64,000 nt of DNA from a virus. Positions 47,149-56,249 of the stretch are shown piece after piece; positions within the stretch are counted from its first letter, which is position 1; the number at the start of each line of letters is the position of its first letter. The translations under genes were made by a program, and so were the position numbers. The DNA is taken from the IMG/VR virus record IMGVR_UViG_3300005253_000015, positions 32,001 through 96,000 of that record, one strand, 5' to 3'. The notes beneath the pieces are model-generated. The model saw nothing but the letters and a program-made list of their open reading frames with translations, did no database searches and was not told where the DNA came from.

Positions 47149-48065
47149 TATTCCTTACTCTCCTTTGTTATATTATTCATAAAGATACTTATTCCCTCAT
47201 TAGATGTTGGTTTTTTATTGTCTTCTACTTGTCTTTTCATTTTTGTACCAAAATGAACACCACAATAATTACAATAATTAGAACTAAACACTCTCTCTAT
47301 CTCAGAACCGCAAAAACCACATACCTCATTATTCTTTAGAGTCTCTATCCAACTCTTATAGTTAGGGTCAAGTTTAGCTCGTATTTCATCATGCTCGATA
47401 TTATTTTCATCCTTTACCCTAACGATATCCATAGGAGTGGGATTTAGATAAGCATTAAGCATATCCTTTATAACTGATATATCACTATTCTGTGAAGGGA
47501 TTTTAATATCATTATTGACTTTTCTATCTGATTTTTTAAATAGATTTAATGCAGATAAATGTGCTATTCTATATAGTATAGGTATAACATTAGCAGTAAT
47601 AATATTTTTGTTATCATTGTAAACTCTAAATTCTATTCTACTATTTTCCCTTATTGATATAATATTTTGAATATCAATAAATGTATGGGCTGGATTCTCA
47701 CAATTATATACAAATGTAGAGCTAATCTTTGATTTAAGAACCCCTTCATGGTAGAAAGAAAAATCACTATTTATTCCCAAGTCTGTATCAGTAAACCACC
47801 CAAAATATACCCATGCATTACTTGCTGGTACTGATAACAGTTGTCTTGATTCTCCTATATCACCTACAGAATTACTCATCTTAGGTTCATATGTATTCTC
47901 CCATGTAGAGCCGTTAATACCTACATCATCTAGCCTAATTGGTCTAAAACCAAAACTCCCTTTTGTTTGATTAGCTCTTATCTCTGTCTCTATCACGGCT
48001 TCCTTTAGTATATCAATACATTGATTATACAAATTTGGATTTGAATTTAATAACATTTCTAACAT
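47148..48065 (-). CDS. Orphan paralog of the candidate capsid proteins fused to a zinc ribbon
   Basis: VPASNAWVYFGW, EGVLKS, ENP, YRIA.LSALNL align with 12186; C-terminal CGFC..CNYC. Confidence 0.8.
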   Translation of the reverse strand: MLEMLLNSNPNLYNQCIDILKEAVIETEIRANQTKGSFGFRPIRLDDVGINGSTWENTYEPKMSNSVGDIGESRQLLSVPASNAWVYFGWFTDTDLGINSDFSFYHEGVLKSKISSTFVYNCENPAHTFIDIQNIISIRENSRIEFRVYNDNKNIITANVIPILYRIAHLSALNLFKKSDRKVNNDIKIPSQNSDISVIKDMLNAYLNPTPMDIVRVKDENNIEHDEIRAKLDPNYKSWIETLKNNEVCGFCGSEIERVFSSNYCNYCGVHFGTKMKRQVEDNKKPTSNEGISIFMNNITKESKE

Positions 48066-48105
48066 TTTCTATCCCTCATTTATATCTATTAGTGAGTTTT
48101 TGAGT

Positions 48106-48288
48106 TCATAATTTCATAAATTCTTTTTCTAATTTACCGTCAAGATTTACTTCCATTAACATATCATCCAATAGTCCAGATAAATGATTGCATATATATT
48201 TCTTCGATGCCCATTCCTCTGTTTTAAGATGCTCTGTGAGCTCTATTAATTGTTCTAATCTATTAACTAAATTTTTCTTTTTTATCAT
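48106..48288 (-). CDS. Hypothetical protein
   Basis: 60 aa. Confidence 0.55.
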   Translation of the reverse strand: MIKKKNLVNRLEQLIELTEHLKTEEWASKKYICNHLSGLLDDMLMEVNLDGKLEKEFMKL

Positions 48289-48620
48289 TATTCATCCTTA
48301 AATAAATCTGTATATATTTCTTTCATCACTTTATTTTCTTCTGTAGTTAAACCAAATGGATTATCTGATTCATGATTTGGGTTTACTTCTATTAGTGAGT
48401 TTTTTAGTTCTTTATATTTCTCAAGCCTTTTTTTGTACATGTCATGCCAGAATATATAACCAGCCTTAAATACATTATCGAGTCTTTTTTGTAGTCCTTT
48501 CTGTGCCTCTTGATGACTTATTCGATTCATCATATCTACTGGAATATCAGTACCAGCATAACTAAAATCTCTAGCCGTTATTTTATTCACCCTTTTCAAT
48601 CTTTTCCACAAACTCATCAA
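48288..48620 (-). CDS. Hypothetical protein (start uncertain)
   Basis: 110-aa ORF. Confidence 0.55.
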   Translation of the reverse strand: MMSLWKRLKRVNKITARDFSYAGTDIPVDMMNRISHQEAQKGLQKRLDNVFKAGYIFWHDMYKKRLEKYKELKNSLIEVNPNHESDNPFGLTTEENKVMKEIYTDLFKDE

Positions 48621-48748
48621 GATATGTAAGGCATAGCTTTACTCCATATAGTTTATCATAACCAGAACCATCAAAACTCTTAGGGTCAAACTTTATCTTC
48701 ATTTCTTCAATCCATTCTTTTAATATTGTTATTTTAATTACTTCTGTT

Positions 48749-49216
48749 TTAACCATTTATTATCCCTGCTTCTATATTTTTTTGTTTAATTTCTAGTAAA
48801 TGTTTATTGGCTATATGCCTTCTTTCTTCTTTCCATTTCTTTTTTTGTTTAATATCTTTTTTAGGGATTGGTTTTAGGACTCTACTACCATGAGCTCTCA
48901 TTTTTATACTATTATGGAGTTCACCTATTCCCCCACTTTTAGAAAATATCTTCATATTATCTAATCTGGCTTGTTGATAAGGGGCTATATAGGCTTCTTT
49001 ACCAGCCTTTATTCTCTCAATCACTTCTGGAGCTGCTTTATATGGAATGATAAGTTCTCTTTTTGTTTCTACTTGTTGTTGTATACTTCCAGTCGGAGAA
49101 AATAGATGCCAACGAATATAATCAGCAATTTTTAGATGAGCCTTGTTAGCTCTCTGTACTATTTTATCATACTCAGTACTGTTAAAGCCGACTGAGATTC
49201 TATTTTGGCGAACCAT
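48749..49216 (-). CDS. MobC/RHH-like DNA-binding protein
   Basis: RISVGFN..EY..I..RA....L.IADYIR. Confidence 0.65.
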   Translation of the reverse strand: MVRQNRISVGFNSTEYDKIVQRANKAHLKIADYIRWHLFSPTGSIQQQVETKRELIIPYKAAPEVIERIKAGKEAYIAPYQQARLDNMKIFSKSGGIGELHNSIKMRAHGSRVLKPIPKKDIKQKKKWKEERRHIANKHLLEIKQKNIEAGIING

Positions 49217-49514
49217 GCTTTACAATACTCTTTATTATTTCTGTTGTTTTTCTTATTCGCTGACCGCAATTTGTACAGTATTTAGAGAATGGTTCTACTA
49301 TCTCCTTATGACATATCTTACATATAAGAGCATATTTAACTGATGGTATATCAGATAAACCCTCTACTCCATTGCCACAGTTCGGACAGTAATGGTACTC
49401 TCCATGTAGCTTCATACCACATTGTACACATACTATACTTGTAGTAGAGCTAAGTCTGAGCTGTTCTAATTGCTCTTTAATCTCGGCTTGGGTTGGTATC
49501 GGTTTCTTCCACAT
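49200..49514 (-). CDS. Double zinc-ribbon protein
   Basis: CVQCG..YCPNCG, CKIC..YCTNCG. Confidence 0.75.
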   Translation of the reverse strand: MWKKPIPTQAEIKEQLEQLRLSSTTSIVCVQCGMKLHGEYHYCPNCGNGVEGLSDIPSVKYALICKICHKEIVEPFSKYCTNCGQRIRKTTEIIKSIVKHGSPK

Positions 49515-49707
49515 CTTTTTCTTCTTTAATATCTTGCATTTCGTTGATTTTATCTACCACAGCCTTAAATGTTTTAGTTATAGTTTCCATATTGCTATCA
49601 AAAAGGCTAATCATATTTACTATAACCCATAAACTACCTACTACAGTGTCTTCTAGTTGACTTACTCTTTTTTTTAATTTCTTTACTTTTTTTTTTGATG
49701 ATGCCAC
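49477..49707 (-). CDS. Coiled-coil hypothetical protein
   Basis: AGGTGA SD, GTG start. Confidence 0.6.
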   Translation of the reverse strand: MASSKKKVKKLKKRVSQLEDTVVGSLWVIVNMISLFDSNMETITKTFKAVVDKINEMQDIKEEKDVEETDTNPSRD

Positions 49708-49711
49708 AATA

Positions 49712-49915
49712 TCACCTATTTTTATCTAATTTATCTAATTTATCACTTAATTGTTTGATGGCAGTTGTGAATGTAGCCATCATATTTTTTACTGTAATTT
49801 GAAATTCTTTAACTGTTTTATCAAACATTTCATTAACGTGTTTTAGTTCCTTAATTGTGAGATTGTAGAGCCTATCGCTCATATCGTGTATAATGTCTAT
49901 ATCAATGGGGCTCAT
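49712..49915 (-). CDS. Helical hypothetical protein
   Basis: GAGGT SD. Confidence 0.6.
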   Translation of the reverse strand: MSPIDIDIIHDMSDRLYNLTIKELKHVNEMFDKTVKEFQITVKNMMATFTTAIKQLSDKLDKLDKNR

Positions 49916-50433
49916 TTTAATACCTCGTCAACAAATTTCTTTTCTTTATTAATCTCCCGATATTCTATAAGGTCTCTATACTCCTCTTCGTAAGTTTCCC
50001 ACCATTTATTGATAATCTTTCTAATTTGTTTTTTTTTAATATTCAGCTTTGTCGTATATTTATATAATCTTAGCTTCTTTAGACCTGTATATGTGGCTTG
50101 TTCCTTTGTTATAGGCTCAGTACAGAACATAAGTGTAGTACCCATAGGAACTTCATATGCTCCAGCATCCCTTTGGATAAATGTTAATATATCATTGTTA
50201 TTTGATATATCATTCATCAATGCAATTAATTTATCTAAGTTTTTTATTTGTAAAATTATTTTAGTTTGTCCACTAGAATACCATCTATAAATTTTACGTT
50301 TTAAATCTATTGCATCATGTTGGTAAGCCATAAAAAACATTTTTGATATTACATGCCCAGCATGAACCATTAATTTTCCTACTGATGCTGGAAAATGTTG
50401 ACTAACAACTATATATACTTTTAGGTCTCTCAT
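49912..50433 (-). CDS. pth2: Peptidyl-tRNA hydrolase, Pth2 family
   Basis: YIVV...S.GKL..HAGH, W...GQTKIIL, DAG.YEVP.GT.L...P. Confidence 0.85.
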   Translation of the reverse strand: MRDLKVYIVVSQHFPASVGKLMVHAGHVISKMFFMAYQHDAIDLKRKIYRWYSSGQTKIILQIKNLDKLIALMNDISNNNDILTFIQRDAGAYEVPMGTTLMFCTEPITKEQATYTGLKKLRLYKYTTKLNIKKKQIRKIINKWWETYEEEYRDLIEYREINKEKKFVDEVLK

Positions 50434-50753
50434 CTTATCATCTCTAATAATTTTTTTATATCTTCTTTATTTAAATTATATCCCCAAATATGGTCATACT
50501 TATAATTCTGAGTATTCTTTAGATTCTTTATAAAACATTCAAAACTACAGAAGTCAAACTTCCAATCATCTCTACCCATATGGCTATTACACTCTGGTTG
50601 TTCCTCTTTAACCATTCTCATAGTGTATCTCCAACTATCTGAATCTTTTGGGATTTCCTTATCACAACAGTCGCATAGTGTAATATACTCCTCTTTGAAC
50701 GTGACTTTCTTACATTTATCACATACTTCTTTCTCTCTTAATACTTCATGCAT
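50430..50753 (-). CDS. Zinc-finger (TRASH-like) protein
   Basis: CDKC, CDCC, DFCSFEC. Confidence 0.65.
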   Translation of the reverse strand: MHEVLREKEVCDKCKKVTFKEEYITLCDCCDKEIPKDSDSWRYTMRMVKEEQPECNSHMGRDDWKFDFCSFECFIKNLKNTQNYKYDHIWGYNLNKEDIKKLLEMIR

Positions 50754-51456
50754 AATTTTTATCCCTCTTGATTTTTGTCATATCAATAATTCCAACGGTA
50801 TCCCAATCATGTTTCTTATTTCCAGTAAAATCTAAAAAAAACATCCAACAATTAGGTTTTATATTCTTAATAAATTTAGTGTCATTATATTTGTCAATAT
50901 ATAGTCTATTGATTTTTTGTTGTTCGTATTGATGAATAGCTGCTTGTAGTAAAAACTTAAAACTGTAAGACATTAAAGATGGAAAAGTCCCTACTCCTAT
51001 TTCACGACTCCATAATTCATAATGTATTGATGGTCTAGTGTCTATTAATTTGCCTAAAGGCTTTGTAATCATCCAATCTGGTACTGAGTCGGTGTTATGT
51101 ATACCAACATTATGACTATTCTTATCATTCTCTAATTTCATATGAACTAACTCAACTATTTTAATCTTTAAGCATTTTGAACATTTATATGTTATAGGTA
51201 AATTCTTATCATTGGGTACAGTAACCCATTCATGTTTACAAGGTGGCTTCGAGTCGGTCATTTTATCTATTGCTTCATATACTCCATCTTCAAATTTCTT
51301 ATCTGTTATTTTCTCGCCATCTTTTATCTTTTCTAATTCTTTTATTATTTCTTCTGTTGACCAAATTAATTGAAGTTGGGTTTTGAAGAATTCTATTGAC
51401 TCATCATTTATACTAGGCTTTAATGTTTTACTTAACTCTTTTTTGTTCATAATCAC
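50746..51456 (-). CDS. Hypothetical protein with C.H.W...CxxC finger
   Basis: 236 aa, GAGGTG SD. Confidence 0.65.
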   Translation of the reverse strand: MIMNKKELSKTLKPSINDESIEFFKTQLQLIWSTEEIIKELEKIKDGEKITDKKFEDGVYEAIDKMTDSKPPCKHEWVTVPNDKNLPITYKCSKCLKIKIVELVHMKLENDKNSHNVGIHNTDSVPDWMITKPLGKLIDTRPSIHYELWSREIGVGTFPSLMSYSFKFLLQAAIHQYEQQKINRLYIDKYNDTKFIKNIKPNCWMFFLDFTGNKKHDWDTVGIIDMTKIKRDKNYA

Positions 51457-51860
51457 ACCTCAAAATAGTTTACTGGTAATAATTTTTGATTATATTTTAG
51501 AACATTTTTAATAGTTTGTGCTGTACCATCTGGTAATGATACTAATAATTCGGGCATAAATACCTCTTGTAGTGTGAATAGCCCAAAATCTACTGCTTCT
51601 AAACGTGATTTTAAATGCCAATAGAAAGCCCTAAATTTCTGACGAGCAAATTGAGGATTATCTGGTGTTATTATTTCAAATTGAAAGGCATATTTCTTAC
51701 CATTATTTTCTAGGGCAAATACTAATCTGAATATCTCTCCATATTCCGTAATTTGAATACCAATTAAATTATATTTACGTAATAATTCCTTTATTTTTGC
51801 AATTGTATCTCTAATAGATACTTTAGTCCCATAATAGGGAAGTTTATTTGGTTTCTTCAT
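51453..51860 (-). CDS. Conserved viral hypothetical protein
   Basis: Y.GTKV...T...IK.LL.KY...R.FYW.LKS.LEAV..G...E.FMP pattern typical of phage/MGE proteins. Confidence 0.7.
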   Translation of the reverse strand: MKKPNKLPYYGTKVSIRDTIAKIKELLRKYNLIGIQITEYGEIFRLVFALENNGKKYAFQFEIITPDNPQFARQKFRAFYWHLKSRLEAVDFGLFTLQEVFMPELLVSLPDGTAQTIKNVLKYNQKLLPVNYFEV

Positions 51861-52147
51861 TTTCTTATTATCTTAAGCTTTCCTTTCATTACAATTTTTA
51901 CTAATTCTGTGAAATATTCTCGTGTATCTGAGTCTAATAGGAGATACATTTCATCATAATCAATTCTATCTTTAATCTTCATCATATTTATGAAGTCTGC
52001 CATAATTCTGCTGGTTTTGTCGGTATTATAGTTACTCTTTTCAATAACGGCACTTCCAGCTGCCCATATTATTATTGTCAAATCGGGGGGATATATTTTA
52101 TTTTTCTTAGCCCACTCTGCTACATCTCTTAATGGATTATTCTTTAT
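51857..52147 (-). CDS. Hypothetical protein, probable ATA start
   Basis: Frame extends 22 codons upstream of the tracked TTG (KNNPLRDVAEWAKKNKIYPPD). Confidence 0.55.
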   Translation of the reverse strand: MKNNPLRDVAEWAKKNKIYPPDLTIIIWAAGSAVIEKSNYNTDKTSRIMADFINMMKIKDRIDYDEMYLLLDSDTREYFTELVKIVMKGKLKIIRK

Positions 52148-52514
52148 TATCCTTCGCCTCTTTCATTTCCTTTCTATATTCCTCTTCCATAGCTTTATTG
52201 AGTCCCTCTATCTCTTCTTCTTGGTTTCTCCTATTTGTCCAATAATTCTCTTCTTTCTGTAAGAATTCTTTTTTCCATTCCATATCTTTATCCCATCTTA
52301 TTTCTAATGCGATACGCCCATTTTCCTCTATACGATAAAATGTTTTTTTATAGTGTTTAATATGCATACCACATTTAGGGCATTTTGTATAGAAATGGTC
52401 TTCGTCTACTTGATATGGTTCGTTCCAACGCTTCATAAGTATATTACAATCACCACATATAACATTTATGGCGTTTACATTAAATCGTTTCTTTCGCTTA
52501 GGGTTATTACTCAT
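52137..52514 (-). CDS. Zinc-ribbon protein with acidic coiled coil
   Basis: CGDC..CPKC. Confidence 0.65.
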   Translation of the reverse strand: MSNNPKRKKRFNVNAINVICGDCNILMKRWNEPYQVDEDHFYTKCPKCGMHIKHYKKTFYRIEENGRIALEIRWDKDMEWKKEFLQKEENYWTNRRNQEEEIEGLNKAMEEEYRKEMKEAKDNKE

Positions 52515-52735
52515 ATATGTTGACCATTTTTCTCAAACATTTCTGATATAATTTTAAATACTATTGGGATATTTTTTATTAGATTTTCTAAACATTCTTC
52601 TTCTTTTCCATAAAGACAAGTTCCATCCCAGTTTGAATTTGAGCATGGAGTACACATTCTATTATACCAATAAACTAAATCAGTTTTATGTTTATTACCT
52701 ACCTTTATCCAAATTCTTGTATCATCATCAGACAT
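52511..52735 (-). CDS. Small Cys-containing protein
   Basis: CTPC..C..C. Confidence 0.55.
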   Translation of the reverse strand: MSDDDTRIWIKVGNKHKTDLVYWYNRMCTPCSNSNWDGTCLYGKEEECLENLIKNIPIVFKIISEMFEKNGQHI

Positions 52736-52736
52736 A

Positions 52737-52919
52737 TTATTTACCCTTTTTTGCTTGTTTCCATTCTTTATAGTCTTCTTTTTTTAATAATCTTAAAGTT
52801 GCTTGACTACCACAAGACTGACAGTTAGGTGATACTTTGTAATGGAGAGTATTACATTTTCGACATATATATTGATATGTTAGCTTCCACATCTTATAAC
52901 TCATTATTTTTGGGCTCAA
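52737..52919 (-). CDS. Zinc-ribbon microprotein
   Basis: CRKC..CQSC; AGGTGA SD. Confidence 0.65.
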   Translation of the reverse strand: MSPKIMSYKMWKLTYQYICRKCNTLHYKVSPNCQSCGSQATLRLLKKEDYKEWKQAKKGK

Positions 52920-53356
52920 AATTCAATCACCTTAGCTCTTCCAGTTTTATGCTTATTTTCATATTTCTTAAAATCATGGCATTGTTTTGTACAGAATCCT
53001 TTTAGTTTAGAATACTTATCATTTTTCATTTTAACGTAATGTTTACACCTATCAATACAGCGTTCCTCTAAACCTTTCCAACAATCGGGCATATCATCAA
53101 CCTCTCCCCTACAATATGTTCGGTCTAATATTCGTAATGTGCCAACTCCACCTGACTTATCTCCAAGAATGGAGTTTACCTTCTCCTCATTCCAACAAGC
53201 TACAAATACATCTCTAAGAGGTCTAATCCATTTACATGGTAATCGTGGGAAGTCTTCTAATATATGTATCGTTTCTCTCTTTGCTTCCCTTTCTTTTCTC
53301 CACACATCATATTCTTTTGTCATAACTGGTGGAGTATATTTATCTGCTTCAGTCAT
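52916..53356 (-). CDS. Cys-rich hypothetical protein
   Basis: 146 aa. Confidence 0.6.
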   Translation of the reverse strand: MTEADKYTPPVMTKEYDVWRKEREAKRETIHILEDFPRLPCKWIRPLRDVFVACWNEEKVNSILGDKSGGVGTLRILDRTYCRGEVDDMPDCWKGLEERCIDRCKHYVKMKNDKYSKLKGFCTKQCHDFKKYENKHKTGRAKVIEF

Positions 53357-53556
53357 TTATCAAATTCCCATGTTTTTGTTATTTCTTTATATTCTGGGCT
53401 ATTCTGTATATAGTATTCGGGTGAATTCATATTAATTTTAATGTAATTCCATAGAAAGAAAGCATCACTAAATAATTTTTTAAAGGTCTCTTCTAATTCT
53501 CGGTATTTTTGTATTGCTTCAGCTTTATCTATTTTTAAATTCTCTATTTCAGACAT
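53353..53556 (-). CDS. Hypothetical protein
   Basis: Leaderless after the promoter motif. Confidence 0.6.
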   Translation of the reverse strand: MSEIENLKIDKAEAIQKYRELEETFKKLFSDAFFLWNYIKINMNSPEYYIQNSPEYKEITKTWEFDK

Positions 53557-53575
53557 TAATTAATAATATTTCATT

Positions 53576-53590
53576 TGTTAACTTTATAAA
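53576..53590 (-). promoter_or_regulatory. TATA promoter motif, copy 2
   Basis: TTTATAAAGTTAACA. Confidence 0.65.
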
Positions 53591-53634
53591 CTTTTGTTAA
53601 CATTTAAAAATTTTAATGGGATATAATTCTTATA

Positions 53635-53925
53635 ATGACTGATTTAGATGATTTTTTAGATAAAACTCATATGAATTTGGGAAATAAGTATGTTCTTAAT
53701 GATTGCCATAAGATTTTAAGAATAATAAAGGGACATCAATACAGAAAGAAGCATATAAGAAAGAGACTAAAGACGAGTAGGTTCTTAACTGAATGGTATA
53801 TTGACGGTCTTATGATGTTTGGATTATTATATAATTTCTATATTAAAAACTCCTTTAAAAGTAGATATAGTTATTATGAATTAAGCAAGATAGGAAATCT
53901 ATACGTAAAAAAATTCGATATATAA
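53635..53925 (+). CDS. Winged-helix transcription regulator
   Basis: KILRII...I..L...GLL...YYELSKIG. Confidence 0.65.
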   Translation: MTDLDDFLDKTHMNLGNKYVLNDCHKILRIIKGHQYRKKHIRKRLKTSRFLTEWYIDGLMMFGLLYNFYIKNSFKSRYSYYELSKIGNLYVKKFDI

Positions 53926-53927
53926 AA

Positions 53928-54002
53928 TTGCGGATATTCGATTTGAACGAATAACTTCGAGATTATGGGTCTCGTGGCATAACCAGATTAGCCTAATCCG
54001 CA
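53928..54002 (-). tRNA. tRNA with CAT anticodon (Met, initiator-like, or Ile2); no encoded CCA
   Basis: TGCGGAT/ATCCGCA acceptor, GGC/GCC D stem, CGAGA-CCCATAA-TCTCG, ATTCG-TTCAAAT-CGAAT, A73. Confidence 0.9.
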
Positions 54003-54023
54003 TTAAAATAAAAGTAGTATGAC

Positions 54024-54056
54024 GGCTCAGAGACAAAGGGGTATCTCTTCATAGCC
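54024..54056 (-). ncRNA. Kink-turn hairpin upstream of the tRNA
   Basis: GGC-UAU-GA-AGAGAUA-CCCCUU-UGUCUCU-GA-GCC. Confidence 0.55.
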
Positions 54057-54076
54057 TTTAAGTGTTATTAATATGT

Positions 54077-54421
54077 TTATGATACTATGCTTGGAAGTAT
54101 ATCCGAATCATCCTCTCCCTCAGATTCGTCTTCTTCATCAGTTTCTTCTCCTTCAGCTTCCTTTTCTATTATCTCTTCAACTTTTTCTAATATTGATGCT
54201 TTATCTGCTGAATACAAAAATATTTGTGAACTTGCTTCATCGAAGAATGATTTATCTTCATCAAGACTTAAACCAGCTTCTTTAGCTGCTGCCATGATTG
54301 TATTAAAGACATCCTTACTTCCTTCGGCTACTTCAGCTCTTACCATATAATATCCCTTGGTAATAACATCCTTATTAACAGCATAACCACTATCAGTTAG
54401 AAATTTTCCTATTTTTGACAT
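54077..54421 (-). CDS. Hypothetical protein with acidic tail
   Basis: 114 aa, AGGT SD. Confidence 0.7.
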   Translation of the reverse strand: MSKIGKFLTDSGYAVNKDVITKGYYMVRAEVAEGSKDVFNTIMAAAKEAGLSLDEDKSFFDEASSQIFLYSADKASILEKVEEIIEKEAEGEETDEEDESEGEDDSDILPSIVS

Positions 54422-54630
54422 TTTTTTCTACCTAATTTTTTATTTATAATTTAAAATTGTATATCAACTTAATAAGTTTTTTGTAAAGAAGGAGTGAAAA
54501 GAGATAAAAATACCATTTTAAATAGTGTGGAAGGATTAGAAGTAAATCATGTTAAAATGTATATTATTTGATTTTTAATAGTATATTATCTCTAAAGGGG
54601 TTGTTAATAAAAAAAGGGTTAATAGAATAT

Positions 54631-54855
54631 TTAAATATTTGCGTTAGATTTTGGTTTGTCTTCAGTTTTATTTTTACCTATGACCGCTTTCATTATATTC
54701 TCCGCTGTTTTTAGAACGATATTACTATCCTTATTTAACTCATTATCACAACATTTCTCGAAGTTATCACTACCTAAACCCTCAGTTGTGGCACACTTTT
54801 TAAATATATTAGTGTATGAGGTCTTATTTTCTTTTTTTTCTGACATATTATTCAT
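54631..54855 (-). CDS. Hypothetical protein
   Basis: 74 aa. Confidence 0.55.
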   Translation of the reverse strand: MNNMSEKKENKTSYTNIFKKCATTEGLGSDNFEKCCDNELNKDSNIVLKTAENIMKAVIGKNKTEDKPKSNANI

Positions 54856-55105
54856 TACTTAATTTTTCTTTTAATTTTGCTATCTCATCTTTTAAATGTT
54901 GTTTTTTCTCTTTCTTTCCTTCTCTGAGCTCTTTACGCATTATATTACCTGCCATTTTAAGTATGCGTTTCTTCATTTTACCCATAATAATCTCTTCATA
55001 GAGATGTTTTATTTCAATATTAGTTAGGGTATTAATATTGGCGGCAGCGTACTTCACTCGTTCATTAAAAGTTCTTTCGGAGCTTAGCATATCTTCTTTT
55101 TCCAT
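54848..55105 (-). CDS. Basic coiled-coil protein
   Basis: 85 aa. Confidence 0.6.
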   Translation of the reverse strand: MEKEDMLSSERTFNERVKYAAANINTLTNIEIKHLYEEIIMGKMKKRILKMAGNIMRKELREGKKEKKQHLKDEIAKLKEKLSNE

Positions 55106-55113
55106 AAGTATAT

Positions 55114-55476
55114 TTATTCCTCGTTTTTTTTTTGTTCATTATCTATTTTTTTGACAGTTGAACCATCATTAGAGTAGTATATATCTTCTGATGTCGTATT
55201 ATTTTTACTTGGTGCTTTAGTTGTTTCTGCATCCCATCCATATGGCTCACCACTATTGTTATAATGAATCTTATCAATATCGACAGCAGTTCCTTGTTCA
55301 TAATCGTTTATTCTTATGGGAGCAGTACCAGTATTCAAGTCTGGTTTAGCATTTGGGTCTATATTAACTTGTACTTTTTCTTGAGGTATTCTTTTAATTA
55401 ACTCAAATATAGATTGTATTAATAATGCGATATCTCCATCTTCTAGTTTTATGCTAATATTTATTTCCATAGTCAT
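55114..55476 (-). CDS. Hypothetical protein
   Basis: 120 aa. Confidence 0.6.
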   Translation of the reverse strand: MTMEINISIKLEDGDIALLIQSIFELIKRIPQEKVQVNIDPNAKPDLNTGTAPIRINDYEQGTAVDIDKIHYNNSGEPYGWDAETTKAPSKNNTTSEDIYYSNDGSTVKKIDNEQKKNEE

Positions 55477-55663
55477 TATATTATATTCTCATTCCATTAT
55501 ATAATTTTTTCGATAGTTATAGTTAATTTTTTAGTGCCCGAATCATGTATAATTTTCATCATATCACCACTAATTTTCTTTTCTAACTCCTCAAATGAAT
55601 CATACGCAAAACTTTGTGTAAAGTCCATACCTTCACCAATCCGAAAGTAATGTATTAAGAATT

Positions 55664-55999
55664 TCATGATTTAGCTCCTTTACGATGAATGTGCCCATGA
55701 CAGGCAACACATATAGTTATTAGAAAGTCTGGATGTAAACAAATCTCTGGAAATACTCTCAAGCTTCTTATATGATGTACATAATTGGCGTATTTATCAC
55801 CACAGAATCTACATATAAAGTTGTCTCTTTTTAATATCTCAGCAGACCTAATTCCCCATTCTAATGTTGAATAGAAACCATTTGCGAATTCATTGATTCC
55901 ACGAAACTCATCTTGTATCTCCTCAAGAGTATATCCCAATACTGATACACAACTATCCATTAATAGCTCTTGTGCCTTATCACTAACAGTCATTATCAT
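55664..55999 (-). CDS. HNH endonuclease (McrA-like, Zn-binding)
   Basis: ILKRDNFICRFCG, VHHI, LITICVACH..IH. Confidence 0.85.
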   Translation of the reverse strand: MIMTVSDKAQELLMDSCVSVLGYTLEEIQDEFRGINEFANGFYSTLEWGIRSAEILKRDNFICRFCGDKYANYVHHIRSLRVFPEICLHPDFLITICVACHGHIHRKGAKS

Positions 56000-56249
56000 T
56001 ATTACCAGCCGTTATAATATCACGTAAATCTTCTGGTGTTAATTCTTGTGCTTTTTCGTATGCTATTATTTTATCCTTAAATTCTTGTAGTTCTTTATTT
56101 TCTTTAAGTATGTCCGTTATACATTTTCCATTATTAATATAGTAATCAACGAAATCTCTAATCGGTTTTTTCATTTCCTCAAGCATGGATTCTGGGACTC
56201 TGATTCCTATAACTTTAGTTACTTCTCCGTATTTATGTTTTTTTGCGAT
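55983..56249 (-). CDS. DNA-binding protein, probable ATC start
   Basis: Upstream extension (I)AKKHKYGEVTKVIGIRVPES is an RHH-type strand; GAGGCG SD. Confidence 0.65.
   Translation of the reverse strand: MAKKHKYGEVTKVIGIRVPESMLEEMKKPIRDFVDYYINNGKCITDILKENKELQEFKDKIIAYEKAQELTPEDLRDIITAGNNDNDC

Noticed and set aside
54024-54056. SECIS element
   Set aside because: Has an AUGA/GA core, but the upper stem is only 7 bp and the upstream gene has no in-frame TGA
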